DNA from: Candidatus Woesearchaeota archaeon
GTDB taxonomy: Archaea > Nanobdellota > Nanobdellia > UBA10117 > GCA-020343615
NCBI GenBank assembly: GCA_020343615.1
Contig: CP070803.1
Span: forward strand, 628,166-692,165
Length of the DNA stretch: 64,000 nt
Direction: 5' to 3'
Made by a program: the position numbers and the translations under genes. Shown here piece after piece: positions 47,719 through 56,665 of the stretch. A model generated the notes under the pieces. The model ran no database searches. It saw nothing but the letters and a program-made list of their open reading frames with translations, and was not told where the DNA came from. Position 1 is the first letter of the stretch; every line of letters begins with the position of its first letter.

Positions 47719-50696
47719 TTTATTTTAGTAATGTTCTTAGCCTCACAATCTAAGATTATTGAATCATTATGATTTAATTTTTCGTAAAGAGATCCACACC
47801 CAATTGCTGCAGGTATTCCGAATTCTGCACATCTTATCGCCATGTGAGATGCTACTCCGCCATATTTTGTTATTAACCCCGCAGGCTTTTTAGTGAATAT
47901 CCAATCATATCCAGGATCTCCATTTTCAAGAATTACAATTTTATTTTCAATCTCAGGAATATCTGTACTTTCTCCACCTATCTTTACGATGCTTCCTTTT
48001 ATTTTGTGTTGAGTTATAAAATTAGGTTTCGGGTTATAAGACTGGATTATATCGAAATTATCTTTCGAAAAGATTATTGGAGGTAAAATTATTTTACTGT
48101 TAATTTCTTTTCCTTTTATTCTTGAAGAAATAATACTCTTTAAATTTTCAGCCATATCTTCTCTTTTCATTTTTAAGCTAGAAAAAAGTTCATGAACGCT
48201 TAGCATACTCATTTCTTCTCTTGTAAAACCCATTAATTCTCCCGCCAAAGCTATGAATTCAATAGCATCACTAAGATTTTTTGTAAATTCAAATTTAGAA
48301 TATTCTCTTGATTCAATTCCGGACTTTGCGAATTCGAACAATTCTTCTGCATCAAATTTCAAACCGTATTCTTTAAGAGTCCTTGTAATTTTTTTCTTTT
48401 TCTCTTCATTTAATTCAAATTTACTTAATTTTTTTGTTTTAGTTATTTTTGATGCTTTTATTAATAAAGGATTGAGTCCGTATCTAGGGTTGGTAATATC
48501 ATAAGATCCAGGTCTTAAATGATTATATTTTTTAATAAAAGTGCTCTCATCAAGGCGATTCATACTTAACATTTCAAAATCTTTATTCATTTCTGTTGCT
48601 ACAGTGTTTATAGAATCCATAAACCGATAATATTCTTGTTTTGTCATGACTCCTTTTTTTACAAGACTTTTCAATATTATTTTTCCAACAAATGCAAGCC
48701 TTGCAAGCCTTGAAAATTGAACTGTTCCCCTTTCTCTACAGTCGTCTAATAAATATTTAGCATTATAAATTAGTTTATGTACAGAGGCGTAAACACTATC
48801 TAAATCTTCCTTTAATTTATCCTTATTTTCTATCAATTTTTTAAGTGAATTTAAATCCTCATTAATAGTCTTTTTTGAATTAAGTATTAGATTATTTGTT
48901 AACTCTAATAACGCTCCCTTTAGTTGTTTAATTTCTTCTTCATCAAAACCATTATTAATTAAGTCTTTAGTTCTCTCATCAAAATTTATATCGTAACAAG
49001 TATGTGCTATTTCAAATTCAATTTTATCTTGTAGTTCAGGATTTTCTTCTAATTTTTTAAGATAAAAAGATACCAGCTTATGTCGTAATTTAGGATTAAT
49101 AGTTGAAGGAACAAAAGAATTAAAGCTGTTTCTAACATCAATATAAGGTTTGTTTCCCATTAATACTACTAATTTAGCAGGATTTACATTATGATAGCCT
49201 TGAGATGTTCTTGCTTCGTGCCACGCACTATTTGTTATTAAATAATCATACAAAGTGTAAGCTAAATGATTTGGTCTATCTCCAATTATTTCTGCAGGAT
49301 TCCAATCAGGCATGTCTGCTAAGATTGTTTTTTCTCCACCTAGGTGTTCTTTCTTTTTGATTATTTCCTCAAATTCTCGTTTAAGAAATTCTATTTTATT
49401 TTTTATTAACTCTTGTTCTGATTTTTTCATAGATTTACAAGTTAAAGGTCTCACTTGAAAAATAATTACTTCCTTATATTTATTAATTGAAAATTCTATA
49501 TCTAATCCTAAATTAGGAACTATTTCTTCAATTTCTTTTACTGATTCAATTAGTTTTTTGAACTTATTAGGTATTTTTTCTAATTGACAGAATTTAGATA
49601 TACTTATCGATTTATTCTCTACCCCTTTTGTGACAGTATTAGATTCTCCAGTAGAATCATCAAAGTTAATAACATAGTAAGGAGCACTTTTTTCTAAACT
49701 GTGCGTGAACAGAACACCACTTATCTCAATATCATCTGTTTGAGCTTGAATTAAAACTTTGTTAAATGAGCTTCCAGAATTATTTTTTTCATAAGATTTA
49801 ATTACTTTATTTATTGCCGATTCAACACTAGTTGTATTTTTTGAATCTACACTTAAAAAACTTTCAAAATATCCAGCCATAGATTCTTCTTCAGTATCTT
49901 CAGTTAATGCTGAACTTCTAACAACAATATTTTTTCCATCAAATTTTTCTCTAATTAACTGTAACATCTTTTCACGATTATTTTTCCATTCAGAAACAGA
50001 AAAAGAAAATAGTTTTTCAATTTTTGATTTCTTAAGTAATGGTTGAAGTGCCTCTAATGTATCTGCTTTGTTCGATATTATTGTTTTATTTTCTTTTTCA
50101 GAAGGAATATTTTTTTCCTTCGTTAATAATGAACTAAATTTCACAAGATCTTTTTGTTGTTTTATATTTTCAATTAATTTATTAGTAATTTTAAATGTTG
50201 AAAGTTTATCATAATAAGGTGTTTTTCTAAGTTTACCGTTAATTTTTCTTATATATTCCGATCCCGGGACATATTTCCAGTCACTCCCATGAATTAGAAT
50301 AATTTCTGCTTCCGGGAACTCTTCATGTATTTTTTTTAAGTTATCCTCTGGATCTCTACTATGCTGTATCATTACTTTATCTATGTGTCTTAAATTTGAG
50401 ATTACCGCCTTCCTTTCTTTTAAATTAGAAATAGGTTCTCCTCGATACTCTTTAACTGCTTCATCTGTAAGAATTCCACACACCACATAATCTACTATTG
50501 ATTTGGCAAACAGTATTGTTTGTAAGTGACCATAATGAAAAAGATCTCCTACTATTCCTAAATAAGCGATTTTCTTTATATCTACCTTTTTTAATTCTAG
50601 AATGTGCCCTTCTTTTATTCCCAAGCCTCGAGGTATTGTTACACATAATTGTCCATTAGATTTATTCTTCCACACTACTTTTTTCAATTTATACAC
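47715..50696 (-). CDS. multidomain enzyme: AbrB/SpoVT-like N-terminus, HxGH cytidylyltransferase-like domain, PPDK_N-type ATP-grasp, and a C-terminal PEP-utilizer swivel phosphohistidine domain
   Basis: - QLCVTIPRGLGIKEGHILELKK is AbrB-like.
- GIVGDLFHYGHLQTILFAKS is the HxGH nucleotidyltransferase motif.
- NIVVRSSALTEDTEEESMAGYFESF is the PPDK_N signature.
- GGVASHMAIRCAEFGIPAAIGC is the phospho-His swivel.
- GTG start at 50696; there is no ATG within the first ~100 codons. Confidence 0.7.
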   Translation of the reverse strand: MYKLKKVVWKNKSNGQLCVTIPRGLGIKEGHILELKKVDIKKIAYLGIVGDLFHYGHLQTILFAKSIVDYVVCGILTDEAVKEYRGEPISNLKERKAVISNLRHIDKVMIQHSRDPEDNLKKIHEEFPEAEIILIHGSDWKYVPGSEYIRKINGKLRKTPYYDKLSTFKITNKLIENIKQQKDLVKFSSLLTKEKNIPSEKENKTIISNKADTLEALQPLLKKSKIEKLFSFSVSEWKNNREKMLQLIREKFDGKNIVVRSSALTEDTEEESMAGYFESFLSVDSKNTTSVESAINKVIKSYEKNNSGSSFNKVLIQAQTDDIEISGVLFTHSLEKSAPYYVINFDDSTGESNTVTKGVENKSISISKFCQLEKIPNKFKKLIESVKEIEEIVPNLGLDIEFSINKYKEVIIFQVRPLTCKSMKKSEQELIKNKIEFLKREFEEIIKKKEHLGGEKTILADMPDWNPAEIIGDRPNHLAYTLYDYLITNSAWHEARTSQGYHNVNPAKLVVLMGNKPYIDVRNSFNSFVPSTINPKLRHKLVSFYLKKLEENPELQDKIEFEIAHTCYDINFDERTKDLINNGFDEEEIKQLKGALLELTNNLILNSKKTINEDLNSLKKLIENKDKLKEDLDSVYASVHKLIYNAKYLLDDCRERGTVQFSRLARLAFVGKIILKSLVKKGVMTKQEYYRFMDSINTVATEMNKDFEMLSMNRLDESTFIKKYNHLRPGSYDITNPRYGLNPLLIKASKITKTKKLSKFELNEEKKKKITRTLKEYGLKFDAEELFEFAKSGIESREYSKFEFTKNLSDAIEFIALAGELMGFTREEMSMLSVHELFSSLKMKREDMAENLKSIISSRIKGKEINSKIILPPIIFSKDNFDIIQSYNPKPNFITQHKIKGSIVKIGGESTDIPEIENKIVILENGDPGYDWIFTKKPAGLITKYGGVASHMAIRCAEFGIPAAIGCGSLYEKLNHNDSIILDCEAKNITKIK

Positions 50697-50766
50697 CGTT
50701 TACTAGTATAACTAGTAATAAGTATTTAAATTTTCTGTTAAATGTAAATTAGAAATAAAACATTAA

Positions 50767-50982
50767 CTATCGTTCATATCCTAGTTGCTTAAGTCTTTCT
50801 TTTGATTTCTTTTTTTCCTCTTCAGATAAAGGCCTTTCATTATCTGATTCAGAAATTTCAATTCTTCGAGCAACTTGTCCTAAAATGAAATTCACATACT
50901 CATCAACTGTTTCGAATTCATCTGAATTATTAACTTGTTTTTCTAGTTTTTTCCCAATTTCATCAAGTAGTTCAACTTTCAT
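50767..50982 (-). CDS. small ribbon-helix-helix (CopG-like) protein with C-terminal RLKQLGY tail, paralog B
   Basis: MKVELLDEIGKKLEKQV..FETVDEYVNFILGQVA...SKERLKQLGYER. The start at 50982 was chosen by alignment to paralog A (the listed start is 50991). Confidence 0.6.
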   Translation of the reverse strand: MKVELLDEIGKKLEKQVNNSDEFETVDEYVNFILGQVARRIEISESDNERPLSEEEKKKSKERLKQLGYER

Positions 50983-51133
50983 TTTTAACACCTTTCATTA
51001 ATATAATAACCAATTCATATTTCTTTTTTTAGCCATCTCGTAATCTTAATAATTACTAATAAGAAATATCCTAATTATGTATATAAATCTTTTCTTCACT
51101 AAATTTATATACTTATATACAAAAAAATAAGTT

Positions 51134-52627
51134 ATGGATTACGCTAAAAATGCCGTTAAAAGAACAGCACTTGTTTTTACAATAAGCATAATTGCAGCAT
51201 TTATTGGTTTTCTTGTCCGTTTAGTCCTTGCTAGAGAATTAAGCCCCGAAGATTATGGATTATTATTTTCTATTTTTACACTAATAACTTTTCTTACTTT
51301 ATTTCGAAGAGTAGGATTATTACAGACGATAGTTAAGTTTATTCCAGAATTCCAAGTAAAGAAAAAACCAGATTTAATTAAAAATGCAATTGTGATTGTA
51401 TTAGGAATAAATTTAATATTATCTATAATTATTTCTGTAATTCTAATAACGTCCTCAAATTTTCTCGCAAAAAATTATTTTAGACACCCACTCGCAGAGC
51501 CTGTTTTAATAATATTCTCATTCATATTTATAGCATCTGTCTTCAAGATGACTTTACGTTATATATTTAACGCTTTTCAGAAGATGGACAAATTCTCTTT
51601 AATGTACTTAGCAGAAAATTTTCTTATTTTGTTGTTTATACTATTATTTTTTAAATTAAATATTTTTAATTCACCAAGAGTTTTTTTAGCAGCAATAGCA
51701 TATCTTATAACATATATCCTTTTATTTTTTATTTTTGTACCTTTTTTCCTTAAAATTTATCCTTTCTTTAAATATAAATTTAAATTTTCGTCGAAATTAT
51801 CTAAAAAATTAATAAAGTTTGGGATATTAGTTATGATTTCAGGTATTGGAAATATTACTATTCTCTATACAGATACTCTAGTCCTTACGTATTTCTCTAA
51901 TCTTAGAGAAGTAGGTATTTATAATGTCCTTGTTCCTACTGCAATGCTTTTAGATTTTTTTGGCAGATCAGTGAGTCAAGTAATAATGCCAATGGTTTCT
52001 GAACTTTGGGCGAAGAAGCTTAAAGAGTATGTAAACAAAGGAGTTTTATTATTGCAGAGATATGCATTATTTGCTATAATTCCATTAGCAACAGTAATGT
52101 TTTCTTTCCCAGAATTATTGATTAAAGTATTATTTGGAAACGAATACATTTCAGGGGCCTTTACTTTACAACTATTAGTTATAGGAATGATATTTTTTAT
52201 TATAGCATCAATAAATATGAATATATTAAAAGCAATTGGAAAACCTTTCGCAGTTAGTAAAGTCATATTAACAGGAGCGTTATTTAATTTAATTACAAAT
52301 TTTTACTTTATTCCAAAATACGGGATAGTTGGAGCAGGTTTAACGTCTCTTATTAGTTATTTCTTAATTTTGTTAATTTCAATAATTTATTTAAAAAGGA
52401 GCGTAAAATTAAAATTCCCACTATATGACTGGCTAAAATTATTCTTTTCAGGGGTAATTATGGCTCTTTTAATGATTATTCTGAAGGCGATAATTGATAT
52501 AAATGTTTATGCAGAGGCATTAGTGGTCTGTTTACTAGGAGGAGCAACATATCTAACATTAGCAATAATAACTAAGGCAATAGATATCGAAACAACAAAG
52601 AACTTTATAAAGAATATATACAAGTAA
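51134..52627 (+). CDS. MOP-superfamily polysaccharide/oligosaccharide flippase (Wzx-like)
   Basis: 497 aa with about 12-14 TM segments, the typical Wzx length and topology. Confidence 0.7.
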   Translation: MDYAKNAVKRTALVFTISIIAAFIGFLVRLVLARELSPEDYGLLFSIFTLITFLTLFRRVGLLQTIVKFIPEFQVKKKPDLIKNAIVIVLGINLILSIIISVILITSSNFLAKNYFRHPLAEPVLIIFSFIFIASVFKMTLRYIFNAFQKMDKFSLMYLAENFLILLFILLFFKLNIFNSPRVFLAAIAYLITYILLFFIFVPFFLKIYPFFKYKFKFSSKLSKKLIKFGILVMISGIGNITILYTDTLVLTYFSNLREVGIYNVLVPTAMLLDFFGRSVSQVIMPMVSELWAKKLKEYVNKGVLLLQRYALFAIIPLATVMFSFPELLIKVLFGNEYISGAFTLQLLVIGMIFFIIASINMNILKAIGKPFAVSKVILTGALFNLITNFYFIPKYGIVGAGLTSLISYFLILLISIIYLKRSVKLKFPLYDWLKLFFSGVIMALLMIILKAIIDINVYAEALVVCLLGGATYLTLAIITKAIDIETTKNFIKNIYK

Positions 52628-52695
52628 TATCAAAATCTTTTTAAGTTAATCAGTAATTTTTATAAATAGACCAATTCATTATTCAGAAGAGAAAA

Positions 52696-53715
52696 ATGAA
52701 AAACTTCTATGAGGGAAAAGATATACTCGTGACTGGAGGATGCGGTTCTATAGGTAAAGAACTAGTTAAGCAGATTCTAGAATTTAGTCCTAGAAGACTA
52801 AGAGTTTTTGATCAAAACGAATCTGGTTTATTTCATTTACAGGAAGAACTAGCAGCGCATAATAATTTGAGATTTTTAGTTGGAAATCTAAGGGATAAAG
52901 AGAGATTAAGAAGAGCTGTAAGGGGAGCAGATATTGTTTTTCATGCAGCAGCCTTAAAGCACGTTCCACTATGCGAATATAACCCTTACGAAGCAGTTCA
53001 GACCAATGTAATAGGAACTCAAAATTTAATAGAAGTATGCAGAGATGAAGATGTTGAAAGAGTTATAGCTATAAGTACAGATAAAGCAGCACACCCAATT
53101 AATACAATGGGTGCTACTAAATTATTAAGTGAGAAGCTGATATTGACTGGAGCCACAGGTAAGTGTAAGACCATCTTTTCATGTGTAAGATTTGGTAATG
53201 TACTAAATTCTGACGGATCTGTTATACCTATATTTAAAAGACAAATTGCAAAAGGAGGCCCAGTAACAATTACGTCTAAGGAAATGACGCGGTTCTTTAT
53301 GAGCATGGGAAAAGCAATAGAATTAGTACTGAAATCAGCAATTCTTACAAGAGGTGGAGAAATATTTATACTACCAATGAATGCCTTAAAAATTACAGAC
53401 TTAGCGGAAGTTATTGTTGAGGAACTCGCTCCAAAATACGGTTATCATCCTGAAGAAATAGAATTTAAGGAAGTAGGAATAAGACCTGGAGAAAAGACAC
53501 ATGAGTATCTCGTAACTAAAGAGGAAGTTAAAGATATGGTACACTCTGATGATCTAATAGTATTATATTCTTCTTTATTAATTGAACCAGAAGTCAGAAA
53601 ACAACTCATAAAAAAGAAGAGCACACATAACCACCAACATTACCATTCAGGTAACATACCTTTACTTAGTAAAGATGAAATAAAGAAGATACTAAAAAAA
53701 GAAAAAATAATTTGA
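52696..53715 (+). CDS. UDP-GlcNAc 4,6-dehydratase-type SDR (PseB/FlaA1/CapD-like)
   Basis: ILVTGGCGSIGKEL, AAALKHVP, STDKA...TKLLSE (the Y-to-M variant seen in FlaA1/CapD-type enzymes). Confidence 0.75.
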   Translation: MKNFYEGKDILVTGGCGSIGKELVKQILEFSPRRLRVFDQNESGLFHLQEELAAHNNLRFLVGNLRDKERLRRAVRGADIVFHAAALKHVPLCEYNPYEAVQTNVIGTQNLIEVCRDEDVERVIAISTDKAAHPINTMGATKLLSEKLILTGATGKCKTIFSCVRFGNVLNSDGSVIPIFKRQIAKGGPVTITSKEMTRFFMSMGKAIELVLKSAILTRGGEIFILPMNALKITDLAEVIVEELAPKYGYHPEEIEFKEVGIRPGEKTHEYLVTKEEVKDMVHSDDLIVLYSSLLIEPEVRKQLIKKKSTHNHQHYHSGNIPLLSKDEIKKILKKEKII

Positions 53716-53716
53716 T

Positions 53717-54553
53717 TTATTGTACTTCTTTTTCCTTAGGCTTATGAATTACGAATTTCTTACCTTTGTATAAACTAGCAGTTTCAAATATTTTTGGAGG
53801 ACGTACCGGAATTCCAGCGTCATGCATTGCTTTTTTTGCCATATCAGGGGTTATAGGAGTATAATGAAATATACTACCTGCAGCAGCAGCAGAAGCATGA
53901 CCTTCTTTTACAACCTTTACAAAGTCCTCTAATTTTCCAGCACCACCTGCAGCGATAATGGGTATCTTTACAGCGTCCGAAACCATCCTCATAAGTTCTA
54001 TATCATAACCATCCATAGTACCTTCATGAGTTATAGAATTAAGAAGAATCTCTCCAGCACCTAATTTTTCAACCTTTTTAGCCCATTTAACAGGGTCTAA
54101 TCCTGTTGGTTTCGAACCACTCCTTGTATAAACTTCATAAGAACCATCTTTTTTTCTTTTAGCATCAATTGAAACAATGATACATTGGCTACCAAATTTT
54201 TTAGAACCTTCAGTTATTAATTTAGGATTAGCAACAGCAGCAGTATTTATGACTATCTTCTCAGCCCCAGCTCTTATGATCTGGGTCATTTGCTCAACAG
54301 ATTTGATACCGCCGCCGTATGCGAAAGGCATGAATACTTCTTCAGATACTTGTTTTATGAGGAAAGGATCATATTCTTCTTCCTCAACAGTGCTTCCAAT
54401 ATCCAATAACATAAGTTCGTCTACTTGTCTTGCTTCAAAAACCCGCACAATAGTAATTACGTTAGCTACAGTTCTTGAATTTTTAAACTGTACTGGTTTT
54501 TTTAACAAACCATCTTGTGTAAGCAACACAGGTATGACTCTAACTTTTAACAT
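53717..54553 (-). CDS. HisF-like cyclase subunit of a glycan acetamidino-forming module (WbuZ/AglZ-like)
   Basis: RVIPVLLTQDGLLKKPVQFKN...DELMLLDI...GGGI...IAAGGAG is a HisF (beta/alpha)8 pattern. The context contains HisH-like and WbpG-like genes, not his genes. Confidence 0.8.
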   Translation of the reverse strand: MLKVRVIPVLLTQDGLLKKPVQFKNSRTVANVITIVRVFEARQVDELMLLDIGSTVEEEEYDPFLIKQVSEEVFMPFAYGGGIKSVEQMTQIIRAGAEKIVINTAAVANPKLITEGSKKFGSQCIIVSIDAKRKKDGSYEVYTRSGSKPTGLDPVKWAKKVEKLGAGEILLNSITHEGTMDGYDIELMRMVSDAVKIPIIAAGGAGKLEDFVKVVKEGHASAAAAGSIFHYTPITPDMAKKAMHDAGIPVRPPKIFETASLYKGKKFVIHKPKEKEVQ

Positions 54554-54670
54554 TTATGCACCTCTTTTTAGGTTTATCTTATCCTTAGCGAATTTAGACC
54601 TCTCATAAAAGTCAAGACTATCATTTTCTTCTTCTCGTTCATCATACCAATAGTCTTCTAATTTTCTCAT
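54554..54670 (-). CDS. possible 38-aa acidic micro-ORF between the HisH-like and HisF-like genes
   Basis: Hand translation: ATG at 54670 gives MRKLEDYWYDEREEENDSLDFYERSKFAKDKINLKRGA. The stop at 54556..54554 abuts the HisF-like ATG (54553). Below the ORF-track size cutoff. Confidence 0.2.
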   Translation of the reverse strand: MRKLEDYWYDEREEENDSLDFYERSKFAKDKINLKRGA

Positions 54671-54695
54671 TATTTTTTTTACTTCCTTTCCCCTA

Positions 54696-55358
54696 TCAGT
54701 CGCCATCTTTATTTTCCTCCTTATTCTCGAAACTCTTTACATAATCAGCAAAGTTCTTTATTATTTGAAGTCCATATCTATGACTTTTTTCAGGATGGAA
54801 TTGTGTACCGAATATATTTTTATATTCTACTGCTGAAACAAACTCTTGACCATAATCACACACAGCAACAATAATATAATCCTTGTTACATGAAGTATAG
54901 TAACTGTGAACATAATAGAAGTCAGCTCCATTAAGTACGTCCTTAAACAATATTGAATCTTTTTTGAGAATATAAGTATCATCCCATCCAATATGAGGAA
55001 GTCTTAAACTATCATCTCTACTAATGTCTAATAATTTAATAGTCATAGGTAAAAAGTTAAGACCACCATGCTTACCCCCTTCTTCACCTTCAGTTCCTAA
55101 TAATTGTACTCCTAAACATATACCTAAAATAGGCTTACCTTCTTTCATAACAGCTTCAGTTAGTGGTTCAATTAGTTTAAGTTTTTTTAAGTTATTCATA
55201 GCATCACCAAATGCACCAACACCAGCCAAAACAAAAGCATCAGCCTTTTTAACATCTTCAACCTTGTTAGAGATTACCACATCTGCATAACCCATTTTAT
55301 TAAAGGCTTTCATTACATTATTCAAATTACCCATATCATAATCAATTATTAATATCAT
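54696..55358 (-). CDS. HisH-like glutamine amidotransferase subunit (WbuY/AglY-like)
   Basis: PILGICLGVQLL (nucleophile Cys), FGTQFHPEKS. Confidence 0.82.
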   Translation of the reverse strand: MILIIDYDMGNLNNVMKAFNKMGYADVVISNKVEDVKKADAFVLAGVGAFGDAMNNLKKLKLIEPLTEAVMKEGKPILGICLGVQLLGTEGEEGGKHGGLNFLPMTIKLLDISRDDSLRLPHIGWDDTYILKKDSILFKDVLNGADFYYVHSYYTSCNKDYIIVAVCDYGQEFVSAVEYKNIFGTQFHPEKSHRYGLQIIKNFADYVKSFENKEENKDGD

Positions 55359-56551
55359 TTTCTTTTAGTACTTTTAGTTGGATCCCTCCGCATTTCAACA
55401 TATTTTTTCTTTAAGATAAGACTACCATCAATATCTCTTTTGAAAGTACCATCTTTCTCGGTTTCGAATAAAACTCTATTTGTGAATGAATCACAAATTT
55501 CATCAAATTCTTCTCTAGTGTATCCAAATCTTCTACAAAATCTTCTAGCAGCTTCTAATGGATATTTACCTTCATATCTATCCGCTAATCTAACAGCTTC
55601 TTCACGGTCGATAATACCATTTCTTATATCTCTTACAAGATCATCAGTTGCTCTACCAAAACCATATTTCACAAATTTAAGATAGTCATGTATCGTCATA
55701 GAATAACAATCAATATTTTCATAATCTTCATATGTTACCTCAACTCTATCAATTCTACTAACCCAACCACGTTCTTTTACTATTCTGAGTTGCTCAGGAA
55801 CATTCCACGGAAAATAATAACCATACCATACACTAGTAACTCCAACTCTTTCTAAATCTTCTTTCGATGGATAGATATACGGTTTAAGATCAGATAGAGT
55901 GATGTTTAGATCTTCACAGACCATATCTTCAGGTCTGTTACCAATTAATCCACCATAATCATATAGCCATCTTTGGTCAAGAACATGAGCACTTCTAGCT
56001 TCTTTTGTATATCCACCATACTCTGTTTGAGGACATTCTCCCCAAATGACCAAAGGAACATTAAATTTAACAGCAAAATGAATAGGCACTGTAAATATTC
56101 CTATATGATTTGGCCAGTCATTATCTCCAACTCTTCTAAGACCTTCTTTAACCATGTAATCATAGACTAAAGGATTACGTTTAAAATGAATTAAATCAAC
56201 ACCCATTCTATTCATAACATCAATATTTTTTCTTCCAGTTTTAGTAGGTAATGTAGGCTCAAACAAGACACATAGTGGCCTCATTTTATAGACTTCCTTT
56301 AAAGCATAAACAAGGAACATACTATCCTTTCCACCACTAACCGGGATGATACAGTCGTATGTTAAGGGGTCATCATTTTTGAACTTCTTTATTAATGCTT
56401 CAAATTCCTTCTTTCTAGCATTCCAATCTATTGGGTCTTTATGCTGAGCATATTTTCTCTCAGAGCTCCTACACGCGTTACATATACCTTCCTCATCAAA
56501 AGTAAGGTCAGGCTTTGTATCCGGCATAATGCATTTTTTACAGTATCTCAT
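55355..56551 (-). CDS. N-acetyl-sugar amidotransferase (WbpG/WbuX/AglX-like PP-loop enzyme)
   Basis: MRYCKKCIMPDTKPDLTFDEEGICNACR Zn-ribbon start and the IPVSGGKDS PP-loop. Confidence 0.82.
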   Translation of the reverse strand: MRYCKKCIMPDTKPDLTFDEEGICNACRSSERKYAQHKDPIDWNARKKEFEALIKKFKNDDPLTYDCIIPVSGGKDSMFLVYALKEVYKMRPLCVLFEPTLPTKTGRKNIDVMNRMGVDLIHFKRNPLVYDYMVKEGLRRVGDNDWPNHIGIFTVPIHFAVKFNVPLVIWGECPQTEYGGYTKEARSAHVLDQRWLYDYGGLIGNRPEDMVCEDLNITLSDLKPYIYPSKEDLERVGVTSVWYGYYFPWNVPEQLRIVKERGWVSRIDRVEVTYEDYENIDCYSMTIHDYLKFVKYGFGRATDDLVRDIRNGIIDREEAVRLADRYEGKYPLEAARRFCRRFGYTREEFDEICDSFTNRVLFETEKDGTFKRDIDGSLILKKKYVEMRRDPTKSTKRK

Positions 56552-56665
56552 TTTTAGTAATTAGTAATGTTATTTACTAATAATAACTAAATTTTTTTAT
56601 ATCTTTTGTTAATTTTTTCTTAAATTTTCGAAATATTTAAATATCATACTTAAAATTTAAGATAT

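Noticed and set aside
54177-54608. 143-aa plus-strand ORF overlapping the HisF-like gene. The same pattern occurs at 42230..42637, 16501..16848, 29615..29977, 24776..25220 and 55024..55290.
   Set aside because: These are shadow ORFs opposite well-supported genes, with no recognisable domains.
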